Notes under the pieces: generated by a model
Databases searched by the model: none
The model's input: only the letters and a program-made list of their open reading frames with translations
Told to the model about the DNA's origin: nothing
Shown here: piece after piece, positions 12,501 to 24,200 of the stretch
Layout of the letters: each line of letters starts with the position of its first letter
Position numbering within the stretch: position 1 is the stretch's first letter
Made by a program: the position numbers and the translations under genes
Assembly (NCBI GenBank): GCA_051362555.1
Contig: CM120640.1
Span: 10,726,001-10,790,000 of the forward strand
Length of the DNA: 64,000 nt
Direction: 5' to 3'
Source: Lingula anatina
Taxonomy: Eukaryota > Animalia > Brachiopoda

Positions 12501-15500
12501 TTTCAGCTGGAGTGTCTTCCAACAAGAATTCCAGCTCACTGATCAACTGAAAAGTGTTTCAATGATAGTAATTTATTAGCCTTAATTTGTATCTATTTAT
12601 TTATTTTTCTTGCAATCTATCTTTTCATTATTGATCAACTTACCAAATATATGACCTCTCATACTAATTAAAATGATGAAAAATATTTGAACATTCAGCA
12701 TGCTATGACCATTTAAAGTTCTGTACAAAATATATTAGTTCACTAAAATCATGAATCATCTTTTGAAAAATTCATTAATCTCTTGTCATAAATCATATGA
12801 TCAAACTCGTACAGCAAGCACTTGTTTACTATCCACCAAAACATCTTCAATCTGGACTCTGGTGCTGTCTTCCTTCCAAAGGTTCATGTATGTATTGATC
12901 TCTCCTGGTATGGTAGGGTCTGGGGATCCATCACACAACATGTAGCGTTGCCACTACAAGAAACCATGAACCAGTGCATATATGGTATATTTGGATAAGA
13001 GGTTTTTAATGATATACTGGGTTAAATACAAGCAGTTTATTACATATAACAAAAGTCAACCTTGGACATATGTTTTTTGCATATTTAGACACTGTAAAAT
13101 CTAAAAACCTATGGACAAGATCACAGGAAACCTCCCATTTAGGTGCTTTTTTGAAATGAGAATGGCTTATTGATTGCATATTCCAAAAAGCATTACCCCT
13201 TCCTCACATCTATTTTCCTCAATAAAACTTCTTGTTCCTTCTGTATATACCACTTTACTTCAAGAGGAAACAGATTACTACAAATGTGGTCATAAATATT
13301 AACAAGGGAAAATCACTGAGACATCCCAAAAATGTTTAAATTATACAGTTTTACAAAGATGAGAAAATTGAAAACTATACATTACTGAAAGTTATTGCAT
13401 CCAAAAATAAGTGATTGGTTCATACACCATAACACCTTAAGCAAACACTTGAAAAAGTAAAGATTACCTAAAATAGGAAAACATAAGATGTGTTTGTATT
13501 TCAACTCAAATATTGCATATTGCACTGACTTTTCCTATATCACAGAAATGCATAATGTCCAACAAGGTCAAATTACATCATGCATGTCATCTCAAAAAAT
13601 ATGACATTATGCTGTAGTGACACTATCATATTAAATGTTTGGGAGGGAGGTATCAATATGTTAAACATGCCGTTACCTTTGCATTTTTCCTCCTTTCATT
13701 TTCTATGTTATCAAGTGTGGCTTTGTTTGTTTCTAAAATGTTGTTCAAATCTTCCAATTGAGTAGCTCTTCTGGCCCTTTCCTGGAATATTTTAGATATT
13801 AAAGGGTTAACTATTCTTCCTATTCTTTCTACTCACATTCCACAATAAATACCTTGTAAACAACTCATAGAAATATAATAACTTCTATTTTACCACCAAT
13901 ACAGCAGTTATTGCAATTATTCTGGTATCTGTGCTTGCTATAGGACCACATGACCTCCACTGATGGCTACCCTTTGTAATTATCTCTTTAGAGATGTTTG
14001 CAAAACCCCAAACTTAAAATAAAAAAATGGACTAACATTGAATTATGGAATAGATTCATGAACCATTGGTAAGTTTGGGAAAATTGTCATTCACCCCACG
14101 AAAATCCAGTTTTTGGCCAAAATGAACAGTTGTTATCCCTTTAAATAACCTTGACAGATAGACTGATATATTTCATATGTTATATTAATTTATTTAAATT
14201 GAAAGACAACTTACTCCAATATACAATATCCAATAATAGTAATAAGTCATTAACATAAGTGAACAAACTCTAAGTTTGGAAATTGCAGGTGGCACAAATG
14301 TTTTATTCCTAAAAGTCATTATCCATGCATGTATGCTAATTCTTTATATAAAAATATCAAGGCTACCTCTTGTTCTAAACGCCTTTTCTCTGCAGCCTCT
14401 GCTTTATTTCTTTCCTTCTGTGCAGCTGCTTCCTCTTCTGCTCTTATCCTTTCCTCCTCTAATATAAATAAAATAAACAGGCAGAGCTGTAAAAATCCAC
14501 ATTATGATGTTCAATATGCTTTCTAAAATACTTCATAAATTTCATACATTTGTCATTTGAAGGTATAAAAACCATTAACTTGTCTACAGAGAACATCAGG
14601 TTATCCATGTGTTAGAATATGAAATTTTAATAATTCTTCAGAGTGCTGCACACACAAACACACACAATGAGAGAGCAAGAGAAAGAGAGAGATGCCCATA
14701 AAATAGGCTACTAAATAACTATAACAGATATCTTACTCACCTTCTTCTTTGGCTTTCCTCTCTTCTTCCTCCTTCTTGAGTTTTTCTTTCTCAGCTTTTG
14801 ACATCTTTTTCCCAGAACCTGGGGTTTTGGGAGGCTTGAAATAAAATATCATGGTTAACAAGTTTCTAGAAACAAGCTTTTAATACAAGCTGTAAAACTA
14901 TTTTTAAAAAGTCAGGAAATAGATTTTACATATCAGTATAATTATCCATGATCACTTTGTTTTTTTACTATATTAATTCTACTAAACATACAGTAGTGAA
15001 TTGGTCTAAAATCTAATTTAACTTATTATGAGCACAATTAGGCCAAGAATTCTTTCAAGAATTTAAGCTGTCCACCAAGTTTCTTATTATTATAATATCT
15101 AATTTATTTTTTAAAATATAACAGTAATAAAAAACATTGATTTATATTTTAAAAAAGAACTACAGTCATGCATTGAACAATTGAAAAATACTTGACTAAA
15201 AGTCATAATCAAGGAATATTAAGGGGAAAAAGAGGCAAAAGTAATAAAAGCAGTTTTCATCCACTGGTGATAAAGACATATTTTTCACTCACATGACACA
15301 TTTATGTTTCTTTTTTATCTCTCTCTCTATATATATATATAGTGAGGTAGGAATATACCCGAGCTGGTATGATGCATGCCAGCTTTTTCATATCTAAATC
15401 TCAACCTTCATATGTGCATACTAGTCTGCATGAAAACTTGAAAGTAATGTCAGCTCTTAAATGCAGGTAGGTGACATGGGTGTAAGATTCTACAATACAA

Positions 15501-16804
15501 TAAGTGTTGTGCATTATGTTCAGCAACGAATGGGAAGGAGGTGCAAAAATTGGGTTTGGCACCTCATCATCAAGTACACCACTTAATGATGCAACAGATG
15601 TCTTTCTTGTTGATGCAATGGATGTTTTCCTTGTTGATGCTAAGGATGTTTTCCTTGTTGATGCTATGGATGTTTTTCTTGAGGAGGCAACTGATGCCTT
15701 TCTTGCTGCAGATACTGGCATTTTCCTCGACTAAATTTCATTGCACAAAAAGGTTAACTTTATAATTTAAGCCATGGATTTAAAAAACATCCCCTGTGAA
15801 CAAGATCTTAAAATCTAATAAAATATACTAAATCGACACTGCATCTCGCATATGTATTTATATGTACATGCTGTACACTGTACATCATATAAATATAAAT
15901 ACATATGTATATGCTGTACACTGTACAGTACTGATCAGTAGTTTATAACCACTGATGTCCCACAAATAAAACTGAAACAAAGTCTAAATGCACATGTATC
16001 AACAAATTGATATAGTGGAAATATATAAGTAATTTATTAATTTACATATTTTGAAAAAGCTTTGTCAAGAGACAAACATGCCACAACAATAGAAGTTGTC
16101 AGAGAGAAAATATTACCGATGATGAACTTTTCCCAGTCCCTCGTTTTGCAGGCTTTAAGAGTATTCATTAAGATGTAATTACATTTACAGTCAGTTTAGA
16201 AAAAAAAAACATAAAAAATCTTTAAAATTAAAATGTTAGAAAATAAAAATTAACTATCTTACTTGTAAAATAAACAATCTCTACTGTTCAGCCCACATAA
16301 ATCAAATATGCACATTTAGACAAAAAAAAAAAAAAAAAGGAGAAGTTCTATCATATGAAAAAAGAGTCAAAGTGGATAAACAAAATGACCTAAATGAAAT
16401 AAACTTACTGATTTGTCCTGCCTAGATTTGGGAGGCTTGTGATAGAACATAAATCATTTATTACATTCGTTCACACCATCTTATCAACAATATTTTCTAT
16501 TGAAAATCACAATAAGGCCCCTATCGTTGGATGTTAAAACTTCCTCGTACAAAAATTACTGACATTTCAAATGTGCCAATCATCTGAAGAGATTTCGTAA
16601 GATACTATACTAAAAGTAACCCTTCAAATACTTGTGCATTCAAAAACCTTTCAAATACATGTACATAACATGTAGGTACTTAGTCATGTCCAATATTACG
16701 TTAGTACGGGAAACACTGTAAATTATTACATCTACTTGGTGCTGTCTCGTGTTTGCATTTTGGCTTGTATTCCTAAGTTGCACAGATCAGATATATCTTA
16801 CCAT
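4746..16804 (-). CDS. DNAI7: Dynein axonemal intermediate chain 7 (CASC1/CFAP94/IC97 family), ~735 aa core
   Basis: Exons in plus-strand coordinates, listed in transcript order: 16802-16804 (ATG|gtaaga), optional 16409-16435, 16117-16152 and 15563-15730, then 14741-14834, 14367-14458, 13677-13781, 12813-12953, 12466-12546, 11615-11784, 11115-11269, 10745-10863, 10392-10518, 9956-10099, 9520-9667, 9007-9113, 8534-8700, 6184-6273, 5965-6036, 5359-5511, 5125-5226, 4746-4883. All phases are compatible. Family motifs: WQRYMLCDGSPDP..EINTYMNLW, LCVWGNLSKNPR, VVDLRAYTPLGGV..LLHLPPQPK, QDSHVNMPFQSWE, WSKWN, YHADLYH. Confidence 0.93.
6548..6593. repeat. (TA)n microsatellite
   Basis: Perfect TA run. 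Confidence 0.95.
6627..8302 (+). mobile_element. Helentron-type non-autonomous element (HINE), diverged copy, in a DNAI7 intron
   Basis: Starts aacaaggcagcaaag..aatatacagaca and ends tgtctttacata followed by an A-run, like the element at 61290-63474. It shares the internal block tgtgactagcaaaggtcttcaggcccatggaa.ttcaaagtcac.cctt and has diverged ~165-bp units (aaatatgctgaa at ~7420, 7583, 7750). Confidence 0.75.
11881..12229. mobile_element. hAT-like MITE
   Basis: TIRs cagacatgctgaaa / tttcagcatgtctg, with the right TIR present twice. Flanks attaaaaa / attaaaag are a 7/8 match to an 8-bp TSD. Confidence 0.7.
13803..14140. mobile_element. TTAA-flanked MITE (Kolobok-like), family copy 1
   Basis: Termini ttaa|agggttaa...ttatccct|ttaa. 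The internal motif gaccacatgacctcca.tgatggcta is shared with the copies at 43470-43800 and 52883-53923. Confidence 0.7.
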
Positions 16805-17290
16805 TTTCTCTGTGTTGACAAAACTGCCTTTCGATAGCAACCAATATGGCGAAGTAAGCTACAGCGTACCCATATACGTTAGAGAGAGAAGTGCCTGGAT
16901 TCAAAATGTATCTGGGGAAAATCATGAATGATATTAAATCTTTTAATTAAAAATTGGTCCATACTCAATAAATAAAAGTTAAATGATGGTTTTATCTAAA
17001 TAGGTCAAATAACGCCAAAGAGTACCCATTGGTGGCAGAGCTAAGACTACCTGCTGGTTGTCACACTGTTTCTACATTCAACGCGACTCGATTTTTATGC
17101 TGTTTGCTTCACTGTAGTTTCGAATATGTTTATATTATATCGTTGAAAACGGGTAAAACTGGAAGAGCGTAGAAAGATTGAGTGACGCTAACTCGACCCG
17201 GGTTATTTTTACAAAAACAAACGCGCAAAAGCCGACAACTGGAAATTGGAATTTGGCAAGGTCTCGTTCAATTTCAAGTCATCAAGGTAA
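16805..17290. promoter_or_regulatory. Probable bidirectional promoter region of DNAI7/ETFRF1, with a candidate RFX X-box at 16828-16841
   Basis: CpG-enriched island between divergent genes. CTTTCG-AT-AGCAAC resembles an X-box and lies ~24 nt upstream of the DNAI7 ATG. A candidate donor for an ETFRF1 non-coding exon (aag|gtaac) is at 17287. Confidence 0.55.
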
Positions 17291-17586
17291 CACATGGACG
17301 TGATATGTGACATGGCTATTATTAGTAATCTAAAAAAAGGACATTTTATTTTCATAAGATGAAATTTTGGAATAATCGCTTGCACTTCTTCGTTTCGAAT
17401 GGTTATGACGATGGTACCCGATGACAGACTGTCATATATTAACGTTAGTCGTTATTCCGAATTTCAGACAGTGGTCATAATAAATACGACGCAATACAAT
17501 AGAAAAAAAAGAGTCCGGTTGCAAGCAAACTCAGGAAACGGTGATTTCCAAGAAAATAGGGTGATGTAAAAGTGAAATATATTACT

Positions 17587-17760
17587 AGGTAGCTAATACT
17601 TTTGATCCATCTTAACAAAATCGGTTTGATTTGTTTATCGTCGGGTGGTCCACCATGTTGGCCACTCAGTGCAAGGTGCAATTCTTGCCAATATGGTGGA
17701 TGTCCGGACATAAACAAATCATAACCATTTTGTTAAATTGGATTAGCTATATTGATTACC
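17587..17760. mobile_element. Fold-back MITE-like element
   Basis: Nested inverted arms ttaacaaaat..gatttgtttat..ccaccatgttggc / gccaatatggtgg..ataaacaaatc..attttgttaa. Confidence 0.55.
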
Positions 17761-18285
17761 TTCCCCAGCCATCATTTGGATGGCCGTCGACCTCAAAAGA
17801 TGGCCTATGTTTCCAAAGACGGACGGACGCCTTACAAAATTTTTGAGTTGGTTGGTATTGGGCTTGCTTGGATTGGACTCCCTGTGAATTGCTGACCAAA
17901 ATACAGTGTACAGATTCACATTTTGGACTCACTGTATCCCATGTCCTGGGGAAACCTCTGTTACAGTAATATAATTAGCATCCTATTTTCTTGTGAATGA
18001 TCTTTTCCCATGTTTTCTATTGTCCAGGGTCATTTTTCTAGTATATTACGCTGTATGGCATATGTTCAATGCACATGCATTTTATTATAAAACAATGTTC
18101 TTTATTTAAATTGGAGTTGTAAAATGTTTATTAGATTTACTTAATTAAAATGGTTTAGTTTTGATTTCCATTTTCTTCCATGTTGGAAATAAGAGAGTGG
18201 TCATTTTATCATGCACAGTATGTTCACATTCAAGTTCTGATATAGAACCTTACTTATTTTCAGTCATGCAGCATTTTCAAACCCC

Positions 18286-18727
18286 ATGATGTCTTCAACC
18301 AGATCAAGAGTTGTAGAGTTATACAAAACTGTGAGTATCTGGCTTTTATAGCTCTTATAGCTATTTAAAACGCTTACTATTATTGATTCAGTGTATGCAT
18401 TCTTTGGGCCTTTGACAAAATTAGGCTTCATGAAATACGACGTGACCAATGTTACCTGTATTTATCTTAATGAACTGATGTATAATGTTTGCATTTGTAT
18501 ACTTTCAGTTGCTGTATTTAGGCAGAGATTATCCCAAAGGGTTTGACTTCTTCAGGGAAAGGCTGAAGAAAGCATTTTTGAAAAACAAGGATCTGAAAGA
18601 TCCTGAACAGATAGAAATACTGATTGCCAGGGGAGAGTATGTTGTTAAAGAACTGGAGGCATTGTACATGCTCAGAAAATATCGCACACTTAATCGAAGA
18701 TACAACCAAAGTCACAAAATTAAATAG
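18286..18727 (+). CDS. ETFRF1: Electron transfer flavoprotein regulatory factor 1 (LYR motif protein 5), 87 aa
   Basis: Exons 18286-18330 ([15 protein letters not shown]|gtgagt) and 18509-18727 ([28 protein letters not shown]...[26 protein letters not shown]). This is the LYRM5 signature. Confidence 0.95.
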
Positions 18728-19277
18728 AATGAATATTTATAAATTATTGTTTCTTCCTATGAAATGGGAACCTGAATATAATTGAAATTCAGAAAAGTGT
18801 CTTATGGGGCTTAAGTATTTCCTGCTATATTGCATTTCTAGTCTTCCATTGTATGTGGTCTTGGATATCAGACATGCGCAGAATTTTAGGATTTTGTAGT
18901 GGAACAAAACGTTAAAGAATTGGAGCAAACTCTGACATTCACTGAAACGCTACAATAAAGAGCCAGTCAATCTATATCTAAATTGATTCATGTGCCACAA
19001 TAAAGAGCCAATCAATGACCATTTATTTAAAAATGCTTGTTTTATACTTTGATAGCAATGTGCCAGTTTGTTACAAATGCAGCAATATTTTCAAAAATCT
19101 GTCAACTCCTTTTGAAAAGCCAATAACAGACAATAAATCATTAGCACTTATGCAAAATTGAGGTCTTTATACTCCTTACAGTGTTAATCATTGGTGTACT
19201 ATGCAGTATTGGGGGCCATTCAGAATGATAAGAGCCTAGTGCTAGCTGTTCCACGGCCTAAATATGAGGTAGAATTA

Positions 19278-19476
19278 GGGGGCATTCCCATAGATTTTAG
19301 ATCGATCTAACCCCGTGAGGAGTCTTACTAGATTACTGTCAGATAATCTGGCTGAAATGACCATCCGGCCTACTATTTAACTTTCTTGCCCACTCGGCTG
19401 ACAGCTATTTAGCAAAAACCCCCAGGGAGTTGGGATTAGATCTAGTTGGATTGATCTAATCTCTGGGAATGGGGTC
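19278..19476. mobile_element. PIF/Harbinger-like MITE nested in a second inverted-repeat element (~19211-19540)
   Basis: TTA TSD and TIRs ggggcattccca.ag..tagatcgatc / gatctaatctctgggaatggggtc. An inverted family copy lies at 22122-22340. Outer arms gaatgataagagc.tagtgctagc / gctagcact.agctcttctcattc. Confidence 0.7.
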
Positions 19477-21244
19477 TTACTGTGCCCCTGCAGGGACAAC
19501 GCGTGGGAAGGCTAGCACTCAGCTCTTCTCATTCTTGGTCTGCATGACTTGTAATTGATTCAAACAACATCCTGTTTTTAAAGTCACCTTGAAGATCAGA
19601 ATAATGCTTTGCAATTGGGATTTTAGACGCTAAGACAAAGTACTCACATTGACCAAACGCATGATTTGTAGGTTAATTGTTCCAATTTCAATCTTGTAAA
19701 ATTTAATTAAATTTTATTTAAAAATTCCGAGTCATCAGTGCAATTTCTAACTGGGAAAATGATGCAATGAAAAGAAAAGCCAAAATTCAAAATAATTTAT
19801 TAACAATATCATTTGTAAAATAACCTAAAAGTGAGCAGTCAATTCAGTATACAAAGTCGTATACATTTTCGATGGCTTTATTGCTTTCTATAAGACTTCT
19901 TTTTTCACAACCTTTTGGATGTTATATATAAACTTAAATGAGTAATCTAGTAATCTTTGATTAGTGAACTCGTTGCATTTTACAATATTATGGAATCATT
20001 TGTCTTAGTGTTTGTGACCTATACAATTTATAGTGGGTCTTACTGAAATGTGCAGAAATAAAATTATCAAATAAATTTTTGGGGGTCAGGTTGATCACAC
20101 CGTTTGAATTGATCAAGCAACTACCAGATGTATTGAGAACATGATCTTAAGCAAAATTGGCCTTTTGGGTTATGAATGGTACAAAAAAAAAAAAAAAAAA
20201 AAAAAAAACACACATTACAAACCCTTCCTTCCCAAAATAAAGAATTTGTCAAGAACAGTTGTCCCAATGCATCCAGCCAATCAATTAACAGGATGAATAC
20301 TACTAGCAGCTCAGGTATGGTGAGAAATTAAAAAAAAAAAGGTTTTTTCTTAATAAAGTTGATATCAAAAGCCTAGAATTTGATATTTATTTTCTCAACT
20401 GATTTATATATACTGATATATACTGATTTTGATATATATATATATTTATATATACTATATATTACTAAATCAGTAAGACCCGCTTTAAATAACCTGTTTT
20501 GAATATGTCTTTGTATATATCAAAAAGGATCAATAATTATGATACAAATTTAAGCACAAGTGGATGTGGGAGGGAAGATAACTAAAACAATTACACAGGA
20601 GCAACTAAAATAATACATTAAATAGGATCTTTAAAAAATATAAGTACAAGTAATTTGTAAAGAACAGTTACAAATAAACTATAATTTGCAATAAATTGAT
20701 GAGATTAAAAACTAAAAATATACTTTTTGCAATTTTAAAACACATGTAAAATTTCTTTGGAGTAGAAAGAAGTCTGTTGTTTATTTGCTAAGCAGCTTGC
20801 ACTTTTCAGCCACATTTCTTTGTAGACTACTGAAGTCATGCTAGGCAACAAAGAAATCACTTGTGGATCGATAGAAATATTGAAAAAATGTTAGTACACA
20901 ATACATGAAGATGCTATAATTTTGAATTTTGAATACTTATTATAATAATAATAATATAAAGAATAATCTAATGCATATTTATATTTTAGTTTATACTGGT
21001 AGCACACAGGCAATTTGGAAGACAAACATGTAATAAGCATTATGCAACACTTTTGGTAGGAGAAATAAATGTGAAGATTGTAGGTACCCAGAGTTCATTT
21101 CACCATTGGAGTCATTGGAAGTTGGCAAAATGTCATTCCTCATTAAAAAATATTCTATATCTGTTATAGGCACTAAACTTTTATAGAGGAATCACTCATG
21201 GTAACCTGAGATTTTATCGTAGCTTTTTTTCAATCCTTATAATA

Positions 21245-24200
21245 TCATGCGATCATAGCAGTATCCTCTGCCATGCCCTGATGATCTACTGCAATTTGCT
21301 CTCCATTCATCTGATACCTTACATCAGGTATTGCCATATCACAGAACAGTTTTGGGGCTTTAACCCTAAAGTTCCTGAAGTCGAACATAAAGGTAAGGAA
21401 GAATCCCAGTAGGCCCATTGCCATTACCCACTCAGATGATGTGCTTATCACATGTACATCATATCCCTGAAAAAATAAGAAGGCATTTTATTTCCTTATA
21501 TATAGATATATGTACCTTTCAACTAATGAAGCACTACTGAAGGTTCAGAAAGATGTCAGTGACCCCCACGATATTTATCATCAGCCATGTGTATGCATTT
21601 AAATGATACGAGATTGAAGAGAGTACTTTGGCCCAATTTTAGAAAGTGTTTACAGTTTTGTACTGAAATCAACATGCTATTGCTATTTATTTTTTATGCT
21701 CAAGTTTGAGGTTTTGTAGAATTTTTAGTCTGGGTTCCCATACCTACAATGATTTAAAAGGATTGATCCATCAGCTTACCTGTCTGGCACATATACTGAA
21801 GCTGCTAATTATAAACGATAGTCAATTACCCCCTAGCAGCTTCAGTAGGCGTGACAGACATTTCACCTGCTTAAGTTAATTGCAATTAAGCAAGAATCCC
21901 TATGGAGATAGACTGATCCACAGTCAATACGATAGGGTCTGAGAATGGACCCTTAGTAAGTCAAAAACTTAGAAAATGAAGGTGCAAATTTATTTTCCAG
22001 ATTAATGCATTCATATGTCAGGAAAATACAGGTATTTTTTATAAAATGTAAGACACAACCTCAATAGTAACAGGAGCCTGACCAGCAGTGGTTTTACAAA
22101 GATAATCAGCCTGTAGACTAAGACCCCATTCCCAGAGATCAGATTGATCTACTTTAGATCGACCTAACTCCCTGTGGGTTCTCGCTAAATAGCTGTCAGC
22201 CGAGCAGGCACGAAAGTTTTAAGATTACCCCCTTACAGCTTGTAGTAGGCGGGACGGACATTTAAGCCGGATTATCTGACAGTTATCTAGTGAGACTCCC
22301 CGCGGGGATAGATCGATCTAAAAGCTCTGGGAATACGCCCTAAAATTGCACACATGCAGTTGGCTTACTGTCACCCAAGCAGCCAAGAGAGAACAAAGAA
22401 AGAGAATTTAATCTAGAATTCACCAGAACATATTATGTAAATTAAATCAGTTAATGTATCAGTAAATATATTTTACTTTTATGACATACTAATTATATGC
22501 CTTTTAATAACTGCTACTTCAAATTTAAATGATGGAGGTAAACTTTTCAAAACAGCCTAGATACTTACTGGGATATCAGGAGACCACATATTTTTGTCTG
22601 ATCCTGAAAACTGAGGAAGGGATAGTACTCCTGCAACAAACACTGTGAAGCTCTGTTAAGGAAATTTGCAAAATTGAAAAAAAAATTATCTCAAAGCCTG
22701 CAGCTTTACTTGGGGGGGGGGGGGGTATTTTTACATGTAACCTTTTATTCACATGAAAATTATTCTTAAGTTATCAACTCACAAGGATACTTAATATCAT
22801 AAATAATAGTGTGACGAGAGTGAGAATGCATCTCACATGACACAACCATCTTGGGTTAATAAGCGGACAAAGCTTATATGATAGTACTGTGTGAAGCCCA
22901 CAGAAAGAAAGGCCACATCCAAAAGTCATCAGTGCCCCAAACATGTGAACATTATAGGCAGAACTCTCCTGAAATGTTTGAATAACAAAAGGTTACAAAG
23001 TTTTAACAATGCCCACTACGTATATGTACCTAGAGCTGATTATACATGATTATATATTACCTTAGACAGTTTAGTTGACAGATAAACCATTTCCCAAACT
23101 ATAACAGCAAATAAACATCCATTACCAGCCATAAGGACAAGACATAAAAGCATTTATATTATACATTACCTGAAAGTTAGCCACCATAGTAACTCCAAAT
23201 GCAGCTATAAGACCTGTGATGAACGCTACAAGGTTAACTCTCATTAAAATAATACTCAGCTCTGGCCTCCCGTATAAAAGTTTTAGTTGTTTGAAGCGTA
23301 AGTACACAATCAGCCCAACTGCAATATAAATTAATAAAAATACATTTTTAATCTTTTCATAGCAACTGTTTGTGACAAACATTTCTAAATGTTATGTGAA
23401 ACTATCAATCTTTTTCAAAATCTTAACATTTAAAAGATAAAAGTAAAAGAATTGTTGATAAATACTGCAAAATCAAGTAAACTTAACTTATTGCCCAATT
23501 TCAAATTACTTTATTTATTCAAAATACCGTTTCCATATAAATTTCTTTGTTCATTGTTTTGTCAGTAATCTAACACCATATACATGTATTACTCTTAAAA
23601 GATTGTGTCTGATTCTAACTTTCAATTTTTTCAACCTTTATAGTTGAAATGTTTTAAACACTGCACATGAAAGCATTATCATGGTTGACAATGCAAAAAA
23701 TTCACTCCTGTGCCTATAACTGTTTTAACAAACATATTATTCAGAATCAAGCCTGTGTTCATTGTAAAATATTCACCCACAATTTACCTAAGACAGCACA
23801 AAGATTGAGCAGTTGACCAAAAATGCAACTCTCTGGTGCTTTGGACCCTGTGTCACTAAAAGCAAAAGAACATATGTTATTACAACATTGACAAATATGG
23901 TCTTGCATATTAAAACTAGCCAAGGGTGCATGGCTCCAGTATGATTATCTTTCTTCATTTCAAAACTACATTATTTGCCGCAAATGTCAATGTTCATTTA
24001 AGTGACATATATGTACCAATTTCTTATATGACTCAAGTAAAGTCCACATAAAGGATAAACCAAATTAATCATTTGTTCAGTCCAAATTTATTTTTAAAAT
24101 TCAAGCTGCACCTTTTTCAAATTTCTGGTCCCAAACATGACACATTTACCTCTCCCTCCATTTTGTAAAAGTCTACCAAATGATGTTATATGTGACACAT

